Source: Octopus vulgaris (lineage: Eukaryota). Taken from it: a stretch of DNA of 64,000 bases. The DNA is taken from assembly GCA_951406725.2 (NCBI GenBank), contig OX597827.1, positions 84,444,001 to 84,508,000 on the forward strand, written 5' to 3'. The translations under genes were made by a program, and so were the position numbers. Every line of letters begins with the position of its first letter. The stretch's first letter is position 1. Positions 25,937 through 39,809 of the stretch are shown one piece after another. The notes under the pieces are model-generated. The model saw only the letters and a list, made by a program, of their open reading frames with translations. It was not told where the DNA came from and searched no databases.

Positions 25937-27600
25937 ACCACTTGTCATCCTCAGCCTTCATAGTCTAATAATAATTTCAGTGTCTAATAAATGTTTACAT
26001 GTCAGCACTTATAAGCATGCTACGTATTGTGCAATACAATGGTATATTTATGAATCAAATGCCGATAAAGAAGGCTAGCTCATCAGATCACCAGTACATC
26101 GTGGTTACTCCAATTCTTCAACTCTAAGTATACATAGAAAATTGATTCTTTATATTGGGTCATCCCATAAATAATGCAGTTTTTTCAATTGCATGAGCTA
26201 AAAGTCGGAGGTGGGGATGGGATGAACTACCTTCATCAAATTGCTATAAAAGCAGGTAGTAATTTTACCTTGTGCTTATTCTTAGTGCAAGTTTTGAAGA
26301 GTGCAGTCCGATTTTAACAGTTATTTTTTGCAAAGCTATAATGGAAGTGACAAAGGAGCATATTCGGCATATTTTGCTTTATGAGTTAAATAAAGGCAAC
26401 CACGCAACGGAAAGTGCGAGGAATATTAATGCAGTATAAGGGAATTGGACAATCAGCCAGTGTCAACGGTGGTTCTAGAAATTCCGAATCGGAAACTACA
26501 GCCTAGAAGACGAGCCTCGTCCTGAAAGATCTGTAGACTTCGACGCGGACGTCCTGCAAACCCTAGTGGAACAAAAACTCATCGTAACTGTTGAGGAACT
26601 AGCAGAGAAGTTTGGATTTGGTCGTTCAACCATTCATCAACACCAGCGTGCCATCGGAAAAGTCAGCAAATTGGGTCAATGGGTTCCTCACAAACTTCCG
26701 AGTGTATTCGCCCTCAGAGAGTGAATGTATGCTCCTCTTTGCTGTCGCGTCTCACAAATGAACCTTTTTGGGAGGCCGAATAGTGGCTGGTGACGAGAAA
26801 TGGGTTCTCTATAAAAATGTCAAGCGCCGAAGACAGTGGATAGGGAAAGGAGAAACCACGGCACCCCAGGTTAAAGAAAGTATTCACCCACATAAGGTGT
26901 TGTTATCTGTCTGGTGAGATATGAAAAGTTTAGTCCACTTTGAACTTTTAAACCCAAACCACACGATAATAAAGGAGATCTGCTGTGAGCAGCTTGAGTG
27001 GCTTAAGTCAGAACTAGAAGAAAAACGACCATCTTTGGTTTCAAGACTAAAGGTGTTCTTCCATCAGGATAATGCTCAACCACATACAGCGAGGATGACA
27101 TTCCAAAGGCTGGCTCAGTTTGAATGGGAAACGATGCCCCATCCACCATATTTGCTAGACACTGACCCATCTGATTATCATTTATTCTACAGTCTTCAAA
27201 ATTATTTGGACGGAAAAATATGAATTCTGTAGACGAGGTTAGAATAGTGCTGGATGAATATTTTTCGTTACAAAGTGAAATTTGGAAGAGGAACCTTGCA
27301 AGTCTAGCAGACGGATGGAAGAAGAGCATTGTAGGAAATGAAGGAGAGAATATTTTAGATGAAAAAAGAACTTTGTCTTAATTTTGAAAAATTAAGGTAG
27401 TATAAAGGTAGTATAAGGTAGTATAAAAAACATATATATACAATGCAGGGAAGACCGATACCAGATAAAAATAGCTATGTATGATCAATAAAGAATAAGC
27501 AGATTTTGTTTCATGTCAGTTAAGGTGCTGGATCTAAGTTCAGGGAATTGACCAGCCTTAATGTTAACAAAAACGAAAAATACAGGAAGAGATATGGGAG
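25932..27600 (-). repeat. Copy of the 5310-5690 repeat split by a mariner (pieces 25932-26152 and 27431-27600)
   Basis: Both flanks of the mariner align collinearly, in reverse, to 5320-5678. Confidence 0.8.
26153..27430 (+). mobile_element. mariner (DD34D) transposon with decayed transposase; right TIR lost
   Basis: Left end TA-TTGGGTCATCCCATAAATAATGC; ATG 26341 MEVTKEHIRHILLYE; WVPHKL, GDEKWVLY, HQDNAQPH, HPPYLLDTDPSDYHLF; multiple stops and frameshifts. Confidence 0.95.
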
Positions 27601-27689
27601 TTGTAGTAAATAAAAAAAGATTTCAAAGTATATCAAAGTACAAAGTGAATTCATTAGAGAAGAGATAGCTTAACAAGTAATGAGATGAA

Positions 27690-27778
27690 AAGGACTTCGA
27701 AGTTTTGGCCTGCTTAGCCTTCATGAGACTCTCCGATGATGGCTAAGCAGACCAAAACAGCGACGTCACTGTCAGTAC
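27690..27778. ncRNA. Back-to-back pair of degenerate hammerhead motifs
   Basis: Minus: CTCATGA-A-GGCTAAGCAGGCC-AAAA-CTT-cg-AAG-TC; plus: CCGATGA-T-GGCTAAGCAGACC-AAAA-CAG..CTG-TC; cores mutated; downstream of a PLE endonuclease fragment. Confidence 0.5.
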
Positions 27779-28149
27779 CATTCTTGTTAACGGAACAATA
27801 CACTTTATAAATTATTCTTTACGATGAAAGCAACAAAAAATTTACTCCATCCAGTAAGAGATAAATATCATAAGAGTTACTAATAGTTTCTTGCCATTAA
27901 GACACGCAGTTTGATAACGTGCCTTGTGTCTCTCAGCAATCTTCGAGCTCTGAGCACATGCTTTGCTCTATTTGAAAATCAGGACAATGGTACATGAGAA
28001 AACATGGAGAAAAAACACTAGAAGAAGGTTAATACTCAAAGGGAATAAGAAGACAATGTCTGAATTATAATAGAGGAAGAAAGGAAAGAAAAGAAAATTA
28101 GTTATGTTGCCTTTGACCATAGAATCATAATTTAAATAGTTGTAGAAAA

Positions 28150-28620
28150 AATTCAACAAAAAAGGGTACAAAGTCTACGAGACAGCTGCTCATCCGGAGA
28201 TGATGGTGTCCGCAAGTTCGACAATAGAAATTTGTTCATATGCTTGCATTTGCTAAAAATTCCTAATCTGGAATTAAGTACTGTGGTGGAATTCTTGGAT
28301 CTAAACAGAATGTGCGATCTTTCAGCTACGCATACGTTGCAGCTCTTAAATTCATTTACATATGGAATAGATTTTTCTACAATTCTCCCCTGGATTGTAT
28401 GTGGTGTGCAGTTGGTCTTCAGACCCCATACATGGCTAAGCAACTTAGTGGCTTTGCTTTTGTCGATGTGCTGGAAAGAAGATGAGTGGTCTTTTAAAAT
28501 TACCCTCGCATAAACAGATGTAATTTTTCTTTTCAATTACGTCATCTCGAAGCGTTGCAGTGACTTGTGTTTCATAGACGATAGAGTTTATCATAAACGT
28601 CTGGTCAAGTGAACAAGCTT
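28150..28620 (-). mobile_element. PLE GIY-YIG endonuclease C-terminal fragment (resembles Naiad-type)
   Basis: HSSSFQH..KATKLLSHVWGLK..PY..KSCNVCVAERSHIL..LNSRLGIFSKCKHMNKFLL fits the CxxC-xxE..LN.R...SKCxH..KFLL ending of PLE endonucleases; clade assignment tentative. Confidence 0.72.
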
Positions 28621-29379
28621 CAGGATCTCGTCAGTTACAACCGGGAGGGGGGGGGACTGTTGGTGTACTTTGCGGGTGATAATGTTCTTCATATTGGAGC
28701 AGCTGTATAATATATATACACACACGTACATATACGCACGTAGAAATATGTATGTATACATATTTGTATACGTGCATGTGCGTGGTAGTGGGTGTGGAGA
28801 TATAGAGAGAAAGGTAGTGTCTGTCGTAGAAGGGGCACAAAGGAATAGGGTTGTTGTAAAAGGGACTGTTGTAAGAAGGGTACAGAGAAAGAGGGTGTTG
28901 TATCAAAGATGGTGTGTTTCCTGGTTCTGCAGTCTTAAAAAATGATAAAGGAAAAATGAACCAACAGAAATAACAACCCCTCAAACAATGGTTGATTTGT
29001 TGTGGCTGTTTAGGCCCTGGCTATCCCTGCTCCTGTAAGAATATGACCAAAGACATTCCAGCGATAGCTATCCTCTCCTTTCAGCTGATAGTATCCAATT
29101 TCTCCTCCTTTTTATAAAGACGGTGGATCGCTGTTATTTCTAGCAGTGTGAGAGACCGTATGGAAGCCGCTTCGAAAGAAGGTAGAGCAGAGGAAGTAAT
29201 TGTGAAGTGCACGCTTGAATGTATTCTACCCTAATTAATGTAATGATCGTTCGCAAAGTTTTAATCAGAATTACCACCCTAATGAAAATAAAATTGGATT
29301 ACTTGAGGTCAGGGAAAGTAAGGGGAAAAAACTGGTGATTTTAGAGAGATTTGGTTGCGATTTCTAGCAGATCGTAGTA

Positions 29380-29900
29380 GAGGTACTGATGTAGGAAGCG
29401 AGGTGAGGAGATGCTGGTGAATGTTTGCTCGTCAAGCAGGGTGGGGGGTGGGGGGGTAGGGTACATAGTTTCGGTTACGATTTCTATTTCTATGCGTAAC
29501 AGTAATACAATCACAGATATGCGAACACACTGCTTCTTGTCTACTTGGGTGGGGACCGGGTGAGGAGTGAAGATATTTTGGGTAGATTAAAGGACAGTAC
29601 GAATGATCAAGTACGGAGATGGGAAAGGTGGATGATAGGGAAGGATGGGGAGAAGTTAAGGAGGACGGAATGTCAATAAGTTTAAGTTTGCGATGATGAT
29701 GATGATGGTGGTGGTGATGATCGGGTTGAGATGGCAATGGCAGTGGAAAGTGAGAGAGAAAAACTGAATAGGAAAGATTTTTGTATGAAAGCAGATGGTG
29801 GTGAGGAAGTGGCAAGTTCGGTGAGGTCTAGGTTGATTTTCTGGTTTGACCAGGTGTAACCATGGCCAAAATAGAAGCCACTTGTCATCAGCTTTTATCG
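29380..29900 (-). mobile_element. Old PLE RT fragment
   Basis: TFPISVLDHSYCPLIYPKYLHSSPGPHP parallels SFLDISVSILHSTLTTSIHYKHTDSH..SSHP of the Neptune copy; strongly purine-skewed plus strand. Confidence 0.4.
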
Positions 29901-30162
29901 GATCGATAACAAAATTAGAGAAAGAACACTTCAAAGTGTCTAATGTTAATTTGTTCTGTCTCCTACAATCACTAATGGAAGTTTGTAGAAACAACAACTA
30001 AAGTCTTCAGCCTTTCTTTCACAGTCAATCACTCCTCTGCTCAAACGTTCATTTAAAGACTTCACATTAACACGCACACGCACAAACACACATCTCGTAT
30101 GTACAGAGAGATACAGACACACATACAGAGATGTATATATATATATATACACGTATGTATAG

Positions 30163-30210
<48 letters not shown>

Positions 30211-30293
30211 CTAAACATATATACATATATGTATACACATACAAGTATACATACATACACATATATATATTCACACATCTGTGTATTTATACC

Positions 30294-30364
<71 letters not shown>

Positions 30365-30365
<1 letters not shown>

Positions 30366-30590
30366 CTTTACTACCCACAAGGGGCCAAACACAGAGGGGA
30401 CAAACAAGGACAGACAAAGGGACCAAGTCGACTACATCGACCCCAGTGCGTTACTGGTACTTAATTTATCGACCCCGAAAGGATGAAAGGCAAAGTCGAC
30501 CTCGGCGGAATTTGAACTCGGAACGTAACGACAGACGAAGTACGGCTACGAATTTCGCCCGGCGTGCTAACGTTTCTACCAGCTCGCCGC

Positions 30591-30592
<2 letters not shown>
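30365..30592 (-). mobile_element. Young Meta-domain (OK-like) SINE in a (TA)n tract
   Basis: Minus strand ggcggcgagctggtagaaacgttagcacgccgggcgaaat..gagttcaaattccgccgagg..gcctttcatcctttcggggtcgataaattaagtaccag. Confidence 0.92.
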
Positions 30593-30685
<93 letters not shown>

Positions 30686-30959
30686 GTGCGCGCACACACA
30701 TTGTATATGTAATGTCTGTATATATACAATGTACATATGTGCTCACCCTTATGCATACACTTATGCCCAACTGTATGCATATCTGTATGTGTGCTATTAT
30801 TGTAGGTGAATCCGTATTTATGTCTCCAAACGTTAAAACACTGAAAGTATATTTATAAATGTGATTAAAAAAAAAAAAGAAAGAAATAGGAGCGAACGAA
30901 GGAACCTTTACACGGTCAGCTAGAAACAATAACGTAATCTACCTTATCAACCTGCCAGG

Positions 30960-31185
30960 AAAAGTTATAAATGAATGCCACACTGGGGAACACAAGTCTT
31001 CTGGTTTCCTTAAAATAGAATGATGCCTCCCCCAGCCGGGAAATCTGCAATAAGAAGTGAATGACAACCTGTGTTTGTGTTGACGGATGTAGAAAAAACT
31101 GTTTGGTCAGTGATGGTCAGTAAGGGTGCAGACGATACTAAAATAATGGTGCAGAATGTGCACGGTAATTATCAGAAAGGACAAA

Positions 31186-31264
<79 letters not shown>

Positions 31265-32250
31265 CTAAGATTTTATCTAAGGCCAGTACGATTTCGTTCC
31301 TTGGAAATAAAATGGGTATCGTTCGCCTGGAAAACGCCCAGGTTCAATCCACATCCCTATACCATGACTAACATAAGAAACATTGCTGTCGATGACGAAA
31401 ACGTGATGAGCTTCAAGCGTCGTTAGTTAGCCTTCTCCTTGTTATGGATCGAAGAACGAAACACTTCCTGTTGCCCCATGCTAACAAGAAATTCAAAACA
31501 CTGAATTCTCTCGTAAACTGGTCGTAAATTTGTTTGCAGATATATCTGTCTTGAAACAGATTCCTGAGCAACAACTCATCGGCTGCGTAATGAGAACTTT
31601 ACAAGAAATCCAACAGTGAAGTTAATTATCTGAAAATTCTCGTCTTAAATAAGACAACTGCTGACAAGCCTGGATCCTCAGTAATCTTAGCTTTATCAAG
31701 TAACTTGAGTTCTTTCTAATAGCCTTTAGAGGCGAATAAGCCCAACTCTAAATTCGAACTCCTGTGAATAGAGGCGGTTTGGAGGTGTATACTTTGGAAC
31801 ACTGCCAGGATATATTAGCATGATTCTGGAAGAATTTGCCGCATTCAGCGGCAAAGAATGAATGAAGAATGGAAGATAATGTCAAATCTTGAAGTTTCCT
31901 TCTTCATAGTCTCATAAAAAACACTTTACTGGAACAATTTACCTTTTAAATATTCAAAAAATATAAATAGCGAAGTAAGGGCTTTAAAAGCGGGTATAAA
32001 AAGAAGTGTACCGTGAGGCTCTTAAGAAATATTTTGATACAACACTGACAACTCTCCAGAACCAATCATGTTAAAAATTATAGCCGGGCAAGCAGATGCC
32101 ATCTCTAACACGGGGCTCAAAGAATTTGCGATGCTAAACAAAAACAACTTTAGGATGTATTAAAGAAGTAACAACTAAAGCATAAAAAATATCACTAGCA
32201 TACGTAGTGCTCCAGCATGGCTCTCACCATAGGGAATAAAATAAAATAAC
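30960..32250 (+). mobile_element. Old CR1-group LINE, RT to 3' end, interrupted by (GA)n
   Basis: GADDTKI (RT catalytic motif), IGCVMRTL (cf. GWILRTF), DNC*QAW (cf. DYCSQLW), tail gtgctccagcatggc plus (AAAAT)n like 4185-4778. Confidence 0.62.
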
Positions 32251-32533
32251 TTAAGGATATATGAATTTACTATGGAATATACATGTATATATACTTACGT
32301 TTATATAGAGAGCTGTCTGTATATGCGTGTTTGTTTGTGTGAGTGTGTATAATAAATTTATATACACCCGTACATAATTCGTTTTGCATTTATTTCTGCG
32401 TATATACTGCACAAGTACCGAGATGGAAATAAATATTCGGGTTAATAGAATGCACTAAATGCTTGAAAGCAGTGCGCCGTTATGACTGCAGTCTAGTGAT
32501 TATAATATATATATGTGTGTGTGTGTGTGTGTA

Positions 32534-32665
<132 letters not shown>

Positions 32666-33164
32666 GAGTCATAGAATTAATTAGCTATTTCAGTGAAATC
32701 AGACAAGGGTTTTAAAAACTCATTTTCATTTATGTTTATCATGTTCAATATGCATAAACATGTTTAATTTGTTAAAAATGTATAAATTTTAAATTTTGTT
32801 TATCATTTTGAAATTTTTATAATTTTTTAAATAATTTTATTTCATTCCTGTTTAATCCTGCTGATCTGTCCACGAAAGCTTTTTTTAAAATTTGGCTGAC
32901 ATCATTTTCTCTAACCCTAGGATGGAGCAGTAGTTTAGCATCAAAGAACGCCTCTAGTTAGCAGTGCAGGAGATAACTCCTGAAATAGTTCTGTGTTCAC
33001 CTTCTGGTAAAGGTTCTGATGAAGCTATAAGGCGTTGTAGTGGCACTCAACGTTGCGTATGCAGTTCCTTGCAACCGGAAAGAGCTAAAGAGGGTGGTTA
33101 TGTAACTTGTGTTCTTTTGTCTTTCGCTTATTAATTAATATTGCGCTCTATAAGGCGTGTATGT

Positions 33165-33352
33165 CGCAAAATCGTTGGCAGAGAGGGCAAAATGCTTAGC
33201 GTCATTCGGTCCGCCTTTAACGCTCCGAGTTCCAATTCCAGCCGAGGTAGACTTTACGTTTCGGTGTCGATGAAATAAGAGGCAGTTGAGGACTGAGATC
33301 AAAGTTATTGACTCACCCCACGAACGCTGCTTTGTGCCAACATTTGAAACCA
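33165..33352 (+). mobile_element. Diverged Meta-domain SINE
   Basis: aaaatcgttggcag..aaatgcttagcgtcattcgg..gagttccaattccagccgaggtagacttt..tttgtgccaacatttgaaacc. Confidence 0.75.
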
Positions 33353-33380
33353 ATATCACGTGTCATACTTACTTTCCGGC

Positions 33381-33434
<54 letters not shown>

Positions 33435-33479
33435 TAGCTACATTAGATCTTTTGATGGTGATAAGGAGATAGATAAAAA

Positions 33480-34330
33480 TCGTAGCTATGTTACCATCTC
33501 ATCATCTCCATTGCTATTCTCTTCTGCCACTCCAAATTCGTCGTTTTAATCGTCCATTTCTGAGGTTGTTCCTTCGCCGACCATATTTCTTTCCAAAATT
33601 CTTCCACTTCTGCTGTTGGTGCTGCAGTGATGTCTATTTTATTTTTGCCAAGTTCTTGGTAGAATCTTTTGGAGTTAGAGTTGAACTGTTTGTTTTGTTC
33701 AAAGAAACGTTGATGTTTCTCATACCGGCGGATTCTTTGTGCTTTGGCAAGGATATCTTACCTTAGCTTTTCTTTTACCTCAGGTAAATCTGTTTCTGTA
33801 ATGTTGTTTTTGCACAGTATTTTTGTTTTCTTCTTGTTACTTAATAGTGTTGATTGTCTATTAATTTCGTTAAGAATCGACAGATCTTTTCTCTTTTTTC
33901 TTTTGGTTTTTTTTTGGATATTATTTATCCACAAGGTTTATTTGGATGTTGTTACTCCTGTTTGGATGGGTTTGAGGGAGTATCCAACTCCTTTTGTGGC
34001 TGCAGTGGCTGCTGCATATACTATGTCATTTAGCTCAGTGATATTGCCATTTGTTTTTGTGGCTATTAGTTCCGTAACGGCCATGTTTATGCTATTTATT
34101 ATTGATGTTGTTTTATTGTCTATTTTGATTTTTGGGAGGAATAATCTGTGGCCCATTCTGAGATCTGTGGTTTTCAGTTCTTGGATTATTCTCATTTTTA
34201 TAGTATCATAATCATTAGGTTCCTCTTCACCGTGTCCAGGTTTTAGATTTGCTTCGCCTTCCTTCTCATTCATATGTTTGTCTGTGGTGTTCTGGATTGG
34301 TGCTTTTTGTACATTATTATACATCCCTAC
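33480..34330 (-). mobile_element. R4/Dong-like element, N-terminal (pre-RT) ORF region
   Basis: ITELNDIVYAAA, RKDLSIL, QRIRRYEK..RFFEQNKQFNSNSKRFYQEL, VEEFWKEIWS; parallels NRLFETDQRRFY..VRKFWS at 37900-38010. Confidence 0.78.
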
Positions 34331-34462
34331 GGTCTAGGTTTGTTGTTTTTTGTTTACTTCGTTTTTGTTGGAAATGTTACGTCTGTCTTCGTGTGTTCCT
34401 ACAGTATGGCGGATGGAAACATTGAATTGTCTTCAAATGGTTGACTGAATCAACAAACGGTT

Positions 34463-34496
<34 letters not shown>

Positions 34497-34841
34497 TAAA
34501 TTAGAGATAAAACCACTATTAGGCAACTCAAACAGTGATAGACATAAACTAAAACATAAAAAACAAAAAATAAATATAATTAATATAGTATACAATATAT
34601 ATATAAAATATAAAATTTAAAATATAGATTATTAAAATTTGAAATTTTTAAATTTATATTTATAAATTTATATATTTTTATATTTTTTAATTTTTATATT
34701 TTTTAATTTTTTAACTTTTATTATCCAACCAAAAAGTATAAAAAAGTTAAATATAATAAGTATAATAAGTATAATAAGTACTGTTAAATTTGATTTAATC
34801 CTAAATCTAATTTTTCCCTGTAAGTTTGGATATACTCCCTA

Positions 34842-34875
<34 letters not shown>

Positions 34876-35087
34876 TGGTTATATTATAGAAAATATATTT
34901 ATAAGAAAAAATGCATATATTAAAGAAAATGGATTCATGCGAAAAGTATATATACATTCTATAGCAAACGTGTATATATAAAAGATGTATGAAAAATATG
35001 TTTGTTAATATGTGTATGAAAACAACACCAATTTTTTTTTTACACGTCTTTACACACACACATATATATACATATACATATACATAT

Positions 35088-35483
<396 letters not shown>

Positions 35484-36433
35484 GTAAGGTTTTAGCTTCA
35501 TATATTACACCACACAACTTTCATTATGGACTACTTCTTTTCTTCCTTTTGATCACACTCACACACACACACACTCACACACACACACACACTAATAGAT
35601 AAACTGGCAGACACGCAGACGGGCAGACAGCCAGAGTGATGCGTAGACATAGCTAGCAAGACAGATACACACACACACATATACACACACACACATATAT
35701 GTAGACCACACAGACCACAGATAGACATCCAGACACTACACACATTATGCGCGCCCTGCACTAATACACATGTATAAAAACACCAACAGACACTCGCGCG
35801 CGCGCGCACACACATTTATGCAGAAATTAGCAATTTAATAGTAGGAAGTAAGGAATTAGTGTCTGGCCCCTATTGTGAAGAGAGGGATGAGAACCAAGAT
35901 CAGAAATAATGGGATTACGTGGACATTTTTATGAATTCGACTCCTTGGCACGGCTAAGTCGGTGGTAACTATGATACAAAAAGATAATTTAATATCACAT
36001 TGAAGCAGTTATGGAAGAGAATCGGCTCATAAAGCTTCTAACCACAGTGGGTTGCCATTGATGGAATGTCGTAAAACTGAATGGAAATATAAATGTTTCA
36101 GTTTTGGCGAAGGTGAAGAAGCTTGGCTGACAATTGTCTGTTAATGGTTCCATCGCAGCTGGGCAGCCATTTAATTGGACAGCGTCTCGCATTTAAATGG
36201 CTGTCAATCAGTTTGAAATGCGTGTGGACGGCGGTGGTGTTGTGTGTGAGTGTGCGAGTGTGTGTGAGTGTGTGTGAGTGTGTGAGTGTGTGTGAGTGTG
36301 TGTGAGTGTGTGAGTGTGTGTGAGTGTGTGTGAGTGTGTGAGTGTGTGTGAGTGTGTCCCTATATAATGTGTATGTATACGTGGGTGTTTACGGTTGTAT
36401 AATGTGTATGTGTGTATATAGTCTGTATCGTGT

Positions 36434-36484
<51 letters not shown>

Positions 36485-36983
36485 CACATACGCAGATGTT
36501 AATACGGTAGTGTAGTTAAGATTTTCGCTTCGTGCCTCCGTCCTCCGCGTTCAGAGTTCGAATCTACTGCGTGGTACCTCGGATGTCCTTTATTGCAACA
36601 TTGAGTTGGTCTATAATTTGTCCTTTATACAATTGTGTGTGTGAGAGAGAGGAGAGTATGTGTGTGAGTGTGTGTGTGACTAGTGTGTGTGGTGTGTAGG
36701 TGTGTGTGTGGTGGAGTTATTCCTTGCAGTCGTGTCTCTCATAAATGAGGACGACGTGCAGGAGCGGGGAGGTGCGTCGAACAAATGTCACATTAATATC
36801 AACTGACGACTCTTCACGAGTCGTCTTTATAACAACCTAGAGACAGACAGACAGATACACGCACGCACACACACACAGAGGCAGGTATGTACATGTAATT
36901 TGATGCGCGCGCGCGTGTTTGTGAGTACCTGTGTTTATGTCTGCGCTTGTGTATGTACATGCATGCGTACATGTATATGTGTG

Positions 36984-37044
<61 letters not shown>

Positions 37045-37159
37045 GTGTGCCTCTGAAACCGGAGATAAATTCCCCGATTGACATTCTTTTCTTGCCATTG
37101 TCAATTTGATGAATGGTTTTAAGGTAAAGTATTGACTGGAGAACTTCCTACCAACAATT

Positions 37160-37219
<60 letters not shown>

Positions 37220-37519
37220 CTTTAATGTTACAAAGTATACAGTCTGGATAGAATCTACTGAGGTGAACACCAGCACACGCACACATGTTATTTTACACAC
37301 ATACTAACGCACGCGCACACACGCACACACACACGCACAAATTGATGTACTTACACTTGCGGTAACACACACAAACATACACATAAACATTCATATATAC
37401 GCACAAACGTATACATAAACACTCTCGCCCTTACACAAACATACTATCAGTCATAGTCACACACAAACGCACACACTTGAAATCTTTTAAGGAAAAAAAC
37501 AATAATAATGCAATAGAAA

Positions 37520-39295
37520 GTTGCTCGATGATGTCGAATAATAGTGGAAGCTACTGGATATGACTAGGAAGGTAGATACTAAAAATACAGGTGACACCAA
37601 CTTATTGATCTATGCAGGGTGGGGGGGGGGGGGTAGCAGTTACTAGAAGATTAGGTATTCCACAAGAAAAGACTGAAAAAGAGCAAATGTGGAAAAGGAG
37701 ATTCGAAAATTAAGTGAAGACTTTGAGACAAGATTTGAGTAGAATAGAAACCTGGAAACCGAACAAATTAGGAAACGCAAGATTTAAGTCTTCTCTTGAC
37801 AAACGATGCTTCGAGAGAGAAAGTTTGGAACAGTTATGGAAGCGCTGAAACGACCTATCATAAGAGTAGCAGGCGAACTTTGCAGATATCAGAAAAGAAT
37901 AGATTATTTGAAACAGACCAGAGGAGATTTTATGACCAAATAAATAGTGGAGAAGAAAGTACTGAAGACGAGAAACTTAATGCAGAAGAGGTTAGAAAGT
38001 TCTGGAGTTATAATCTAGGATAAGCCAGTCAGCCATAATGGAGATGCAGTATGGTTAAAGAAAGTGAGGGAAGAAGTTGTGAGCGAAGAAGCAGCCAGAT
38101 CTAAGATTAACAAGTACATTGATAAGTGTTAGGAAAAATGTCAAATTGGAAGGGCCTAGGACCAGATTTTGTTCAAGGGTACTGGCTAAAGAAATTTAGT
38201 AGCTTACATGGGGACACGTGATCTATTATACATAGACAAAGCAGTTCTAAATGAAGTAAAAACTAGAAGGAAACATCTAACAATGGCCTGGATAGATTAT
38301 AAGAAAGCCTATGACATGATTCGAACTCATGATTAAGTGAGTATATTTAGTATATTTGGTATTGCAGACAATATAAGAGAATTAATTGGTTTTAAGATGA
38401 AGAAATGGAAAGTAGGCCTCTGCTCAGGTGATACAGCCTTATGGAAAGTTAATATCAAAAGAAGAATTTTCCAAGGAGACTCGTTATCCCCTGTAATATT
38501 TGTCTTATGTTTAATCTCCCCCCCCCCCCAGCTTAGTATTAAGGAAGGCAAAGGCGGAGTATCACCTCAGAAAGGAAAATTAACCATTTTTGCTTTACCT
38601 GGATGGTCCGAAGCGAAGATGCAGCCATGGAATTTGGCATAGATAAGTGTGGAATATTTGTCATGATAAAGGGAACGGGTAGTCAATAGTGGAAGCACCC
38701 AATTACCAGATGGCCAGGCATTAAAATCACTGAAAGAAGGAGAGAGTTATCAGTATCTAGGAGTATTAGAATCTGACAGAGTACTAACAACAGAAATGAA
38801 AACGAAAGTTGAGAAGGAGTACATCAGAAGGGTGAGGAAGCTAATGGAGTCAAAGCTAAATGGTTCGATTCTAGTGAAGGCTGTAAATACTTGGAAAGTA
38901 TCTTTACTTAAATACTCAGCCGCTTTTGTAGATTGGGCAAAATATGAATTAGCAAATCTAGAAGGAATTTAATATGAATGAACCCAGCCATTGAATTGCA
39001 GAGACTCTCGAAAGTGCGGGTAAAATGTATCTCAGTAGTTACGGGTGCATTGAGAACTATCCCTAAAGATCTGAACAGATGGAAAAGGGGGAAATAGGCA
39101 TAAAACCCAGTTTAGTACAGCTGCAGAAAAGTGTTATTAGGGACAGCTCGAATACTTAGAAGGGTTCTTGGCATCAAAGGTTACTTGCTGTAACCCGATA
39201 GGAGGGTTCTTGGCATCTAAGGCAACTTGTAGCCCGATGTTAAGATGCTTTTCTTTTCCAACAGTCTAATCTGTTGAGCGTATATGAATAATAAT
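37520..39295 (+). mobile_element. R4/Dong-like LINE with internal deletions, ending in (TAA)n
   Basis: NWKGLGPDFVQGYWLK, MAWIDYKKAYD, IFQGDSLSP, EFGIDKC, YQYLG, LRRVLGI; same family as 55865-57495. Confidence 0.88.
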
Positions 39296-39296
39296 A

Positions 39297-39745
39297 TCCC
39301 AACTCCTTTTTTGCTTGGCACTGACACCTTTATCTGACATGCTAAACAGCGTAACAATCAACCATTCAATCAACAATTACAGCGTAACAATCAACCATCT
39401 CTTGTATACGGATGATCTAAAACTATATGGTACAAATGAACGGCTGGAAACATTACTACAGACAGTTCATGGATTTAACAAAGAAATAGTCATAAGATTT
39501 GGCTTAGAAAAATGTGCCAAAGCAACCTTGAAAAGAGGAAAACTAGTTGAGAGTAACATCATCAACTAGATAAAGCAAATGAAATAAAAGAATTACACCA
39601 AAGCCAGGCATACAAATACTTAGGAATCAATGAACTAGATGCGATACAACACACACAAATGAAAGAGAAGATGAGAAAAGAATACTATAGACGAGTTCGA
39701 GTAATACTGCAGACAGAGCTCAATGTGTTAAAATAAGATAATAGA
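39297..39745 (+). mobile_element. R4/Dong-like RT fragment (second family)
   Basis: PTPFLLG/LALTPLSDML, INHLLYTDDLKLYG, FGLEKCAK, YKYLGI, KEYYRRVR. Confidence 0.85.
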
Positions 39746-39809
39746 TAATGACAGAATTTAGGATGCACCACCCAAAATGTGACACGGAAAGGTTATATAT
39801 CCAACGTAT

